Shown in pieces: positions 15,101 to 27,551 of a DNA stretch of 64,000 nt. The stretch lies in assembly GCF_006345805.1 (NCBI RefSeq), contig NC_043003.1, positions 23,188,001 through 23,252,000 on the forward strand. Reading direction: 5' to 3'. Source of the DNA: Octopus sinensis. Lineage: Eukaryota. The notes under the pieces are model-generated. The model saw only the letters and a program-made list of their open reading frames with translations, did not search any database and was not told where the DNA came from. The translations under genes were made by a program, and so were the position numbers. Position 1 is the first letter of the stretch. Each line of letters opens with the position of its first letter.

Positions 15101-16956
15101 TAAGCAAAGTAAATATCGGCGGAAATTGGGCTCAAGATGTAAAGACGGACGAAATGTTGCTAAGCGTTTTGTTCGGTTTGCTAACGTTTCTGTTTGCTCG
15201 ACATTTTGTATCTTACACTTAAAAATAGCTCATAGCTTTGGCCCCCAATCCTAACCTAGGACATTATTTTTACCCGTTCCTGAGGGATGGAGCAGAAATT
15301 TAACTGCAGTGGGATATAAGTCCAGTAAGTAACGAGTTTGAATATATGCCGCAATGCATTTTGACCGACGCTCCAACGATTCTGCCAATATGTCAATAAA
15401 ACGGGCGTTAACACACTCGACATAATGAAGCAAAAAATTTTAATTAATTATTATTCGTTATCTGTATGAATAATTCTGTTCAAAAATACGATCTAAGTCA
15501 CTGATTCTTGTTTTAATAATAAAACCGGAGTTGTTTTGTTGGTGTATCACTTTTGTTTTCGTGCTTTACCAGATTTATTCATTACAATGTAAATTACTTT
15601 TTCTCATCATTAATTACAATTCTTTGCTTCACTGCTTCAAGTATGTTAGCATTCGTTTTACTGTTAATTTTTTATGCACCAGGCGCCTTTTGTATCATTA
15701 CTTTTAACCCCTGCTCGAATCGTTAATCACTTTATATTTTTATATTTACGTGACGAGAGAACAGTAATGATTCAGGTTGAAAGAAAGATGGAAGTGTGAA
15801 ATGTGTTGTTTTGTGCATTCAGAAGTCAAGCGTGTATCGGTTTCTAAAATTTGCCATTGTTTTGCCAATTGTCTACGTAATCGCATACAGACGTAGAGAG
15901 AGCCTTTCGGCGCCATTTCCCTTGAGAGTTAAATATCTAGGAAGTGACAGTTGACGAGAAAGTGAGAAAGGAATAGAAAGGTAGAAAAGGGATAGATAGT
16001 TAGATCGATAGAAAGAGAGAGTGAAAGAGAGAAATGACTGCATAAATACAAGGCTGATAATTATAAGAAACGGATAGTCGAGAGCAACGTGAAACCAAAA
16101 GCCTTGTTTAGGGACAAAAGATACCGTATAGTGCAAGACTGATACATTCACGAGAAAAATATATAAATAATACTCTTCGTCATACTATCGACTGTTTCAA
16201 CTCAGACAGATGTAAATCTGTGGAGACGCAGATACACTAATAGACAAAAATACAATGTTATCCCTACTGGATATTATTATATATAGAAATGTTATATTTT
16301 TATATTAGTTCTGATGACTTCTCTGTTGATAACATTAAAATGATTTAGCAGAAATTAAGTGATTAAAAAGAAAAATAGATACATCTGGTTGGTTATATAG
16401 ACTAATTGCCATAAATCTGTCAACACACATTAGTAATTCTGCCCCCTCATATCGAGAGCCAGACGCACATATGTTACATATATACTCATACAAGCATACA
16501 CTCATATAGGTATACACACCCGTATATACATACATATTTATGCACTTTCCCCACATTCACACACACACACACACACACGTATATATATAGCAACACATAC
16601 AAATATATATATATATACGTACATGTGTACATGCATGTGTCTGCGTGCGAGTGTGTATGCGTATAAACACTCACACATACATTTGTATAGATACAAATAT
16701 TATAGTTGTTTATATATACATATATATATATATAATATATATACCAGTACGTTAGTTGCTACAAGAATAGCTTGGTCAGCTGGTCCATGCTTCTAGGAAA
16801 TTGACCGACCAAATGAAAGAGCAATTAAATATGCCAGCAATGCACAGTGGTTGCATTTTGCTAAGTTATTCGAAGCACGTGTAAGCTAAATACAGTGTTG
16901 ATAATATTTCTTCATTATTTATGATTTTACTATATAGATACGTACATACATACATA

Positions 16957-17028
<72 letters not shown>

Positions 17029-17060
17029 GTGTGTGTGTGGTGTGTGTGTGTATCTATATA

Positions 17061-17403
17061 GTGGCTCTCCGTCGGTTACGTCAACGAGGGTTCCAGCTGA
17101 TCTGTTCAACGGAACAGCCTGCTCGTGAAATTAACTCCACAAACACGTGTACCCTTAACGTAGTTCTCGGGTAGATTCAGCGTGACATGGAGTGTGACTA
17201 GCCTGGCCCTTTGAAATACAAGTACAACAGAAACAGGAAGAATAGTAAGAGAATGAGTATAGTAGGTTTCACCACCATCCCCTGCCGGAACCTCGTGGAG
17301 CTTTTAAGTATTTTCGCTCAATAAACACTCACAAACCCGTCCTGAGAATCGAAACCGTGATCCTACGACCGCTACCCTAACCACTGGGCTATTGCCCCTC
17401 CAC
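17061..17403 (-). mobile_element. tRNA-derived SINE
   Basis: Homologous to 13666-13954. Confidence 0.8.
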
Positions 17404-17506
17404 ATATCTACCTATCTATCTATCTATCTATTGGTCGTTTTTTTCTTTTTCTTTTTTCTTTCCTTTTGTTTCTTTTCAATTTCTTTTATAATTTAATATA
17501 ATTTAA

Positions 17507-17569
<63 letters not shown>

Positions 17570-17589
17570 GATAATGATATCCATGTAAT

Positions 17590-18430
17590 CAAAAGAATGA
17601 GGTGTAAATACAGCTGTGTACAGTGGACAGCTAAATTTCAGAGGAGAAGGAAGAATGTTGAAGATAGCCCAAGGCCTGCACTTGAAACTACTGAGGAAAA
17701 CATTGATCCTGTTCACATAGTGCTGATGAATGACAAGCAATTGACTAGAAATCAAATAACCAATGCTATTAACATATTCCGTGAGTGAGTTCAGAATATT
17801 CTGAATGTATCTGATCCAGGATGAGCGTTGCATTCATCACCTTAACCCCGAGAGTAAGAGTCAATTCATGCCATAAAAACATTACGCTTCACCGGCCCCA
17901 AAGAAGGCCGATGCCATTTCATATACAGGGAAGGAGATGGCCTCCATTTTGGGGGATACAAAAGGCATTGTGTTTATTGACTATCTTCAAAAGGGAGAGT
18001 ACTATGCCAACTTGCTGAGGCAGTTACGAAAGGTTAGAAAAACAAACTCTTAAGAAAACTGATGAAAAGGGTTCTGTTTCATCAGGAAAATACTCCAACA
18101 CACAAGTCACTGGTTTCAAAGGCTGCTGTACGGGACTGCGGCTTTGAACTGGTTGATCACCCTCCTTATTCTCTTGATTTGGCCCTATCTGATTATCATC
18201 TGTTCCTCACCATGAAAAAACCCTTGGCTCGGAACCAATATTGCAGTGATGACGACGTCAAATCGCTGTAGAGGACTTTTTCTGACTAACAGAATTAAGC
18301 TTCTTCACTAATATAATCCAAGCTCTGCAACAACGATGGAAGAGGTTTGTGGAGTGCAAGGGACTATGTTGAAAAATGAGCATTATTTGGTCACATTCAT
18401 GAGAATATCTTGGTCATCCTATGAAAATTT
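17590..18430 (+). mobile_element. Mariner (DD34D) transposase pseudogene with internal deletion
   Basis: WTAKFQRRRKNVEDSPR; PESKSQ; HQENTPTH; HPPYSLDLALSDYHLF; C-terminus resembling W.RFVECKGDYVEK. Confidence 0.85.
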
Positions 18431-19061
18431 CGTACTATTGATAGCTATGTATACTTTCAAGATGAAAATAATCCCATGTTACGTACAGAAGTAAGGATGT
18501 TTCAAATTAATTCATGGAATGTAATTAAATTGCATTTATTTACATAATTATTTAAATCAATAATTTATATGTAAATTATAAATAGTTTGTAACTAGTGCT
18601 TTGAGGCATTGAGGCTCTTATTGTTTCTCAAAATATATCCCGAGGAATATCAAAATTCTATGAAAACGTTTCGAGATTCTTCGAGTGGTGGTGTCTATTA
18701 GTAGAATTTAATGAAAAATATAAAGATGTGTTTGCCACCATTTTGAAACAATAATTTCCAAGCATTTAAAAGTTCATTTTGAGTTACTAATAGGGAAATA
18801 ATAGAGGATGTTTGCTTCAAGTCAAATCCGTATGTATTTAAATTACTAAATCATATGTATTTAAATTACTAAATCCGTATGATAATCGTTTCTACTATAG
18901 GCACGAGGGCGGGATTTTGTGTAAAGGGACTAGTCGATGATATTGGCCCCAGTGTTCAACTGGTGCATATTTTAAGTATACCGAAACGATGGCAACTGAA
19001 GTCGACCTCGGTGAAATTTCAACTCAGAACGTAAAGCTGGAAATAATACCGGTAAATATAT

Positions 19062-19109
<48 letters not shown>

Positions 19110-19110
<1 letters not shown>

Positions 19111-19505
19111 TAGCAGTATCGCCCGGCGTTGCTCGGGTTGTAAGGGAAATAACTATATAAGCATTTTTAGAGAGTTATAGCCAAAAAATAGCAAAAAAAT
19201 GCATTAAAAATTGAAAAAAAATTAAGGTAAATTTTTTTTTTAAATCGTTGACACATCGTAGATATTTTTAGAGAGTTACTTCCCTTATATAAAAGCGAAA
19301 AAAATGCATTAAAATGGAAAAATATGATGGTAAATTTTTTTTAAATCGTAGACTCATCGTAGACGCGCGCTAATACCCAGAAGGGCTCGATATGAATCAC
19401 GACTATAAGATACCCGCTTTTGGTTAAACTGCACCGCACAATGTGGGAGTAGTTACAAATCTAAATCGAAGGGGACAGACACACAACTTCACTCTTATAT
19501 AAAGA
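19110..19505 (-). mobile_element. Non-autonomous Helitron-like element
   Basis: Minus strand reads A|TCtttatat ... cccgagcaacgccggg hairpin - cgatactg-CTAG|T, i.e. TC/CTAG termini in an AT target; no TSD. Confidence 0.75.
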
Positions 19506-20029
19506 TGTTTTTTTTTTCAGTCATAGAGTTAGATTTATGAAGGTCTTCAGTAGAAAATCCTTCGAATTCTGACTCGCTGCTTGATATAATGAAATTCGTA
19601 TCCATTTTTTGTCAGAATTACAAATTTTGAAAACACAATAGGAACAAATTTCGGAAAAAAATCTCCCATAATTCACGGAATTAAAATTACACTTCGATTT
19701 TTGTACAAAACTGTATTTGAAGTGTTTACGAAGTATAATACGTGTTTTCACGAATGTACTAAAGAGATTTACTCTGATATTCTCATTTAAATATGAATAG
19801 GTAAATTCGGGCGGTTTGGTAACGAAAGGGTTTATATAAGTGTCTTCTGTTTATACATAAACACTGTTTCATACTTTCAGTTTAGTCTTCCTCAAATCCC
19901 TCTGTCGCTAATTTACTCTCTTCCAAGAACATTTTCACTCACTCTTATCTGTTAGCTTCCCATACATTTTACTCATGTAAAGCGTGATAGACAGAAACAA
20001 ATATTACATCTAGTTTCACTTTATTCGTT

Positions 20030-20275
20030 GCACACTGTGTGTGTGCGTTTGCGTGTGCTGTAAACCAGACTAAGAAAAGCATTTGACATACACACCAGAA
20101 TGTGAGTTTTCTGTAAATTTTGCTTAATAGGAGTTTAAATTTTAAAAACTGGACCTGGCATGACCCGATGCATTCTACTCTTAAAAATGCTAGGTAAATT
20201 GTAATTGAAGAAATCCTATATTGTAGATTTCTATAACTCCCAAAGGGAGGCAGATAAAATCTGCCTTTTATAATA

Positions 20276-20278
<3 letters not shown>
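20030..20278 (-). mobile_element. 5' portion of another Helitron-like non-autonomous element
   Basis: Minus strand begins A|TCttattataaaaggcagattttatctgcc next to (TA)n; the 3' end was not found. Confidence 0.45.
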
Positions 20279-20314
<36 letters not shown>

Positions 20315-20318
<4 letters not shown>

Positions 20319-20600
20319 AGTCGTGTGGGTGGTTTAGGTGTTCGGTTCACTATCACAATGTCATGAGTTCAATACCTGGCAGCGGATTGAGACCTTGAGT
20401 AAAAACACTTTATTTCATTTTCCTTCAGTCTACTCAATTGACTAGGATGAGTTGTACATGTATTTCAAATGGCTACCTTTGTCACGTTCTGTGTCAAGTT
20501 CAGTCTTCCTGAGAACTACGATAAGGGTACCCTTGTTTGGAGTGCTCAGCCTCATGCCCGTTAATCTCACGAGCAGGCTGTTCCGTTGTTGGTTATGTGC
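20315..20600 (+). mobile_element. Degenerate tRNA-derived SINE (another copy at about 21055-21370)
   Basis: gagttcaatacc / gagttcgatttcc B-box, cttgagcaaggcactttat, and a shared body. Confidence 0.65.
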
Positions 20601-22043
20601 GGCAGAACCAGTAGTGGCTTAACATAACAATCTGGCTATCATACTGAAAGTATTTACCTCACTGTTAACCAATATTCACCCTGAGATATCTTCGCTTATA
20701 GGCGTACAATATTAAAAACCACAAAACTTTATCAGTAGCAGGGGAAAATCTCAGCTTTAATCTATCAGTGACGGTGGATTTCGACTAAGCGTGCGGTGTG
20801 TATGCTGGACCTCTCACTACTTGTCCCTCACTTCTTGGACCAATCGGTTCTTAATGACGATCCTCATTGGGTATCCTGAGCGTGGCCATGTGTATTTTAA
20901 CACACAAGTCTGCTTCAGAAATGTCTCTAATTCAAAATATCACTGCTAGTACCGTTATATGGCTGTCGTTGGCTCCTCCAAGTTTTCGATAATTGCGTTC
21001 TGCATTTGCAGTTCTATGAGGGCATATGGGTGAAGCAATGTCGATAGCAATGAGGACATATGGCTCAGTATTTAGAGCGTCGAATTCATAATCTTGAGGT
21101 ACTGAGTTCGATTTCCCGACCGGGCTGTGTGTCGTGTCTTTGAGCAAGGCACTTTATCTCACGTTGCTCCAGTTTACTCGCCTGAAGAAAAATGACGCGA
21201 CGTCACTGGTGTCAAGCTGTACCGACCTGTACTTGTCCCTTAGATAGTAGGGGTGGCGTGGAGAGGGAAGGCTGGTATGCATGAGCGATTGCGGGTCTTC
21301 CATAAAGCAGCCTTACCCGGACTTGTGCCTCAGAGGGTAACTTTCTAAGTACATGCCTATGGGCATTCCTGACAGAAGGGACTCCTTCTAATGCCGATGG
21401 CCTAGTTTCATTAGGTCGTACTCCTACTTAAAAGGAAGTGTGTCGAGCACTGTAGTCTTGAAGACATTCTCCGACGTACATCTAAAATGTGGCATATAGG
21501 ATCAAACGATGAAACGGCAGAGGACTGCTGTTAACCCAAACGCTACTTGAAACACGACATCTTAGTGACTTCCTCTGGCATTGTCCTCCTCGGCCCGTTC
21601 AACTGCTGAAATCATCTGTTATTTTCTGTCGTTGATAGATTTGGCCACTTTTCTTTATTCTGAGTATGCCTTCCCAGAACAACCAGTTGAGTAGGACACA
21701 GGCTCTTTTGTGAAGGTCTTAGCTAAAACGATCTTGCCTCTAAGTCACAGTGCATGCTTTTCTTCTCTAAACATGATTAATTACCAATGAATTTGAGGAA
21801 CAGTGTAAGAAGAAACTCTGTAGTCACTCAGAGCTGGCTACTACGTCTACAGAACATTTGAGTCAAACATGTATGTATTTACATTATAAATGCTATTGTG
21901 TCGTGTATTGAGCTTCTAATAAATATATAACAATTGTACAACATTTGTTGTATATTGATTCAATACACGACGACTTCGAGATTTCAATGCCTATGTCTGG
22001 ACATTCAACTATATATATGATGTATCTGTACACGTAAAAAGTG

Positions 22044-22365
22044 GAGGCACATGGCCTAGTGGTTACAGCAGCAGACTCGCGGTCGAGAGATCGCATGTTC
22101 GAATCTCAGACCGAATGATGTGTGTGTGTGTGTGTGTGTGTGTTTATGAACGAAACACCTAAGCTCCACGCGGCTCCGGCAGAAGATAATGGCGAACGTC
22201 TGCTGACTCTTTTGCCACAACTTTCTCTCACTCTTTCCTACTACATCTTGCAGCTCACCTGCGACAGATCGGCGTCCCGTCCAGGTGGGGAACTTATACG
22301 CCAAGGAAACCGGGAAACCGGCCCTTATGAGCCAGGTATGGCTCGAGAAGGAACGAAAAACAACA
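22044..22365 (+). mobile_element. tRNA-derived SINE, possibly with a V/Meta-type central domain (reverse copy at 46465-46758)
   Basis: ggaggcacatggcctagtggtt...gttcgaatctc head; ctgcgacagatcggcgtcccgtccaggtgggg...ggaaaccgggaaaccggccc body. The domain label is from motif resemblance only. Confidence 0.75.
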
Positions 22366-23899
22366 CGCACAAAGTATACAGATCTGTCCTTGCATAGGCA
22401 CAACTACACTGTTGATGTTGTTGAAACTCTAGCGAAGGTACCTTGGTTCTATGTGAGAAATCGGCTGTTTCTCCATTGGCAAGAAATCAAGAAATAAAAC
22501 TTAATAACGTACATATATAGATGTGTATGAATGCGTTTGGGGCGTTTGTGTTTGTGTGCGTGTGTGTTGGGGTGGTGGTGTATGCGTAAGTGTGTGTTTG
22601 CATGTATAAACTAGTAGGGGAGATAACCTACGAGTGGTTGGTGTTACAGTGTATTTAAATCTGAAATATAAAATACACTTTGAAATGTCTAAACAGCAAG
22701 AAACTGAAATATAATTTGCACATTACATTTTGAATAACGCTTAAAAGTATAAAACAATGTTAGTTAATAATTGTCGAAACATAAATCTGTTATAAAATTA
22801 CGAAAATTTTAAGATATAATACAGACACTAATAATAATACCCACCCTAACAAACAACGTTGTGTAATTAAGTCTAACATTATTGATATTTATGCATAATT
22901 ATAAAATAACGAAATCCCAGATCGCATTTGTAAACAATGATCTATTAATTTAATTAAATATAATAAAATTACATCTAATTACATAATTATTTAAGCTAAT
23001 TATTTAAACGCAAATTATAAATAATTTTCGAGAAATGAAAATAATTCTGCGAATTTGAAAGATTCTTTTTTACATTGTGAAGCTCCGAGCGAGCTTTTCG
23101 CAAATTTGTTCCATTGAATTCAAAGATTTCTTGGAAATCTTCAGGTGTCCCTCGAGCTAGGGTTTCTTTCAATAGGATTTAATATTAAGGATTGTTAATC
23201 CCCATTTTCTAAACAATAAGTTATTGTATGTATTTTATTAATTAAACTAGAATATTACTTGTCATATGGCCTGTATCTTTGTACGTTACTCTTGCCATTA
23301 AGAAAAATTTGATAAAATTTATATGATACTTTTATACACCACATATTTCCTAATATTATCCATAATGCCAAACGTGTATTGATAATATTATTGTAATTGA
23401 GGTGCTATAATCTTCGGAAATAGTTTGAAATATTCATACTAAGCTAATATCTTAGTGTTACACTTATACATTTGTTTAGCAAGATTCTTGATGTGAAATC
23501 GGGTGTTGAAACACCTTATTGTATTTCGAGAAGGACATTTTTTTGCCAAATATACACACACATATTATATATTCGTTTTTCACTCGTTTATTATTGTTCT
23601 TATCTTATCTTCTATCCACTGTCTGGAAATCTTACGTCGCACATCTGTGACCTCTTCAGCGACTCTTCTATTCTACGTGTCTCCTCCTGTTGTCTTTAGT
23701 CCATTCTGTCTTTCTATGGCGTGTATCCTTAACTCTAATATCCTAGTGATTAATGCAAAGAAAAAATAAATCTTACTCTAATAAAGAACAGCTTTCTTGA
23801 AAAACATCGGAGAAAAATATTCATTACAGTAAATATTAACTATTGCGATGCATTTTTCAGCAATATCCAGCTATTTTGTGATGTCCTCCTCCTCATAAT

Positions 23900-24200
23900 C
23901 TTATTTCTCCTTTACGTCTTCATCGAGCATCTCCTCTTTTCCATCTGCCTTCTCTTTTTCCACCAACAGCCTTTCATTCTTCTCTTTCTTCTCCCCACAT
24001 CCTCCTCATCCTTCTCATTTTCCTCACCCCTCCTCTTTCCACTAATACATTCTCCTCCTTCACTTTTTCACCAATTCTTCCCCCTCCTCCCCCTCATCAT
24101 CTTCCCCTCCTCTTTCCCACCAATACCTTCTCTTCCACATCTTCATCCCTCCAACTCATCCCCTCCTCCTTCTTCACACCTCTTACTTTTCTTACCCATA
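23900..24200. repeat. Pyrimidine-rich (CCT/CTT) low-complexity tract
   Basis: Near-continuous C/T runs immediately before the R4 cluster. Confidence 0.8.
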
Positions 24201-24232
24201 TTGCTATTACTATTATTATTGTTATTATTATT

Positions 24233-24629
24233 GCCTTTGCACAGCTTCTAACACTGGAAATGTACTACAGTGTCAGCTGTTCATTACCAGTGAACTAAGG
24301 TAACACCTCTTATTTTTCGAGCACCGTCTGGAGTATTCGAGCGGATCCAAGCAGTGCTGTTTTCTGCAAGTGCTCCACCCTTATTGTAGCCCATATTTGT
24401 TCCACGTACTTCTCGAGATTTTTGCTCATTGTTCCTAGGGCTCCGACAATTATTGGTACTACTGCTACTTTTTTCATCGACCACAACTGCTTAACTTCCC
24501 AAGCCAACTTGTCATACCTCTCGACATTTCTTTCTTCCTTATCGCATATCTTGTTGTCAGCTGGGCATGCTATGTCTATGATCTAGCATAGTTTGTTTTC
24601 TTTATCACTTAAGACTATGTCCGGCTTCC

Positions 24630-24633
<4 letters not shown>
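24233..24633 (-). mobile_element. R4/Dong-type retrotransposon 3' fragment (RLE domain plus UTR) within (TAA)n
   Basis: RKPDIVLSDKENKLC*IIDIACP...VVPIIVGALG...LQKTALLGSARIL; TAA-type repeats on both sides. Confidence 0.85.
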
Positions 24634-24708
<75 letters not shown>

Positions 24709-24711
<3 letters not shown>

Positions 24712-26867
24712 TAGTTTTATTTTTATAGCGTGCTTTCACTTCACTACCGAGCGCAGCTCTGTGTGCCTTGGGTATGTGCTGTGATTTGTTGTGATGCTCT
24801 GATGGTTATTGTATGGAAAGTGTTCTGCGTAGGATGTGTGCAGTGCCTAGTAGTGCAATTTTCTGTATGTTATATGTGTTTGTAAGTCCTGGTGTTTTTG
24901 TTATGTATTTGTCTGAATATTTTTTTATCATGCCTAATGCACCTACTATGATAGGAATTGTTTCTGTTTTTAGATTCCACATTCTGGTTACCTCTATTTC
25001 CAGGTCTTTGTATTTTGAAAGTTTCTCCATTTCTTTTAGAGACACTTTGTCAACTGCCGGTATTGATACATCAATTAGAAAGCATTTGTTTTTCTTCATG
25101 ATCTCTGACAACTATATCTGGTCTGTTGGCCTTAATTTCTCTATCTGTGTGTATCGGCATATGCTTTCTCGTTTTCTGTGACCTTTTCTGGTGTGTGCCT
25201 ATACCATCTTTTTTCTGTTGTTATTCCATAATATTGACATCGCTTCCAGTGTATGTAGGATCCAACTCTGTCATGTCTGTGAATATATTCCTTCTTAGCC
25301 AGGACTGGGCAGCCAGAGATAATATGATTTATTGTTTCTTGTCCATCTCCACATATTCTGCAGTTACTTGTTATATTTCTTTTCATTACATTTTTTTGGT
25401 AATTTCTGGTGGAGAGGCTTTGGTCTTGTGCTGCAATTAAAAATCCCTCTGTCTCTGCTTTGAGTCCTGAGCTTCTCAACCATTGCTGGGATTTTTGTTT
25501 GTCTATTTCTTTTGCATTTAATTTAGTCCAGTATTTACCATGAAGGGGCTTTTCTTGCCATCGTTTTATCATGGTTCTTTGCTGTTCTATTTTTAGTTTG
25601 GATTTCATTTGTTTTATAGCTTTTGTTGTTTCTTCATCTTCTTCTTCTTCTTCTGCATATTTGTTAGGTGGTATGATTTCTTGTTTGTATTTGTCAGCTT
25701 CCTTAAATACTGAGAACAGTTTTTTGTTTTGCTCGTGTTTTGCCGCTATTTGTATCAGTTTTCCTTCCTTCTGAAGTAGATATTTTTGCAGTCCTATGTG
25801 GTTATTTTATCGTAGTTTTCCAGCTGTATAAGGCCTCTACCACCTTCTATACGTTGTATATATAGATATTCTATGTCAGATTTTGGGTGATGCATCCTAG
25901 ATCCTATCATTATTTTTCTTGTTTTTCTATCTATTTTGATCAGTTCATTTAGTGTCCAGTTAAGGATATTGTAGCTGTAACTTATAACTGGGACAGCTAA
26001 AGTGTTAATACCTATTATCTTGTTTTTAGCATTGAGCTCTGTTTTTAGTATTGATCTAACTCGTCTATAATATTCATTTTTTATTTTCTCTTTCATTTGT
26101 GTGTGTTGTGTCTTATCTAGTTCATGGATTCCTAAGTATTTGTAAGTTTGGCTTTGGTCTAATTCTTTTATTTCATTGGTTTTATCTTGTGTGATGTTGC
26201 TACTCTTAACTAGTTTTCCTCTTTTCAGGGTTACTTTGGCGCATATTTCTAATCCAAATTTCATATCTATTTCTTTGGTAAATCCATGAACTGTCTTTTA
26301 TAGTGTTTCCAGCTGTTTGTCATTTGCAGCGTATAGTTTTAGGTCATCCATATATATCAGGTGGCTGATCGTTTTGCCATAACATTTATATCCGCATCCA
26401 GTTCTATTTAGTATATCAGATAGAGGTGACAGTGCCAAGCAGAAAAGGAGTAGAGAGAGCGTGTCTGCCTGGAATATTCCTCTTCTAATGGGGATGGCTT
26501 TGGTTTTCATGAGTCCCTCTTTTGTTTGGAGCTGTAGCACTGTTTGCCATTTATTCATAGAGTGTCCTATGAATTTTATAATTGTTGGTGCTACTTTGTT
26601 ATTGGTCTGTAGTTTTCTGGTTTTGCTATCTCATTTGATTTGGGAATTAAGATGGTTTTCCCCTTCGTGAGCCATTCTGGCATTGTCTCTGGCTCTGCTA
26701 GTATGTTGTTAAAGTTTTCAGCCAGCTTTTTGTGCATTCCTGTTAGATATTTCAACCAGAAGTTAGGGATCTTGTCATGCCCAGGTGCCTTCCAGTTGCT
26801 TAGTCTCTGCCGTGCCTGGGTGACCTCTTCAGTTGTTATGGGGGTCCAAAGTTGCTCAGATGCTGAG
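24709..26867 (-). mobile_element. R4/Dong-type non-LTR retrotransposon, 5'-truncated, frameshifted, with an internal RT deletion
   Basis: WKAPGHDKIPNFW, RRGIFQADTLS, HLIYMDDLKLY, CRICGDGQETINHIISGC (CCHC), LIDVSIP...KYKDL, LQ/IQKIALLGTAHIL; (TAA)n at 24634-24708 and 26868-26934. Confidence 0.9.
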
Positions 26868-26869
26868 TA

Positions 26870-26924
<55 letters not shown>

Positions 26925-26934
26925 TATTATTATT

Positions 26935-27478
26935 GAGTGAGAGAGCAGTGCATGCCATCAAAGTGACACTGCGGTAAAATATACAAAGCCCAGTATACCC
27001 ATCATGACTACCCGTCTGATAAAGGTACACCAGGCACATGCATCACAACTATGTGTGCACGACATGGAGATCTCATATCAAGATAAACAGCACATGACCT
27101 CGCAGGTGGGGCCCAGTTAGAATTTTCTTCTGGTCGAGTAACCCATCCCGCTCAAAAGGTCATTGAATAAGAGTTGTTTAAGGATGTTGAAAGAACCACC
27201 CATGTTCCAGAGGTGAATTATTCAAACTCCAAATAATTCCTCTCAACAAATGGCTATGATGCTCCCCTACTACTTCTGCTCGTGATCAGAGATGCACATA
27301 TTGTCAGCCACTAAAGGACATGTTTAACTGGTTAAGGTCAAATAACTGACAAGCAAATCTGTAGTATTGAGCAGAATATTTGCTGTAGCCCATGTACAAA
27401 ACAATGTACATGATAACACTTCCAATCAGTTAAGATCAGAAGCCACGAGAGCCACTGCCTGGTACTGCGTCAGTGCAT
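26935..27478 (-). mobile_element. Non-coding ~545-bp insert bounded by (TAA)n; probable non-autonomous partner of the R4-type elements
   Basis: Sharp boundaries against TAA repeats at both ends; no coding similarity seen. The strand is assumed from the neighbouring elements. Confidence 0.5.
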
Positions 27479-27551
27479 TTATTATTATTATTATTATATT
27501 TTATTATTATTATTATTATTATTATATATTATTATATTATTATTATTATTA

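Noticed and set aside
15251-15433. 60-aa ORF with a PSGTGK P-loop-like motif
   Set aside because: Too short, with no supporting NTPase or helicase motifs nearby.
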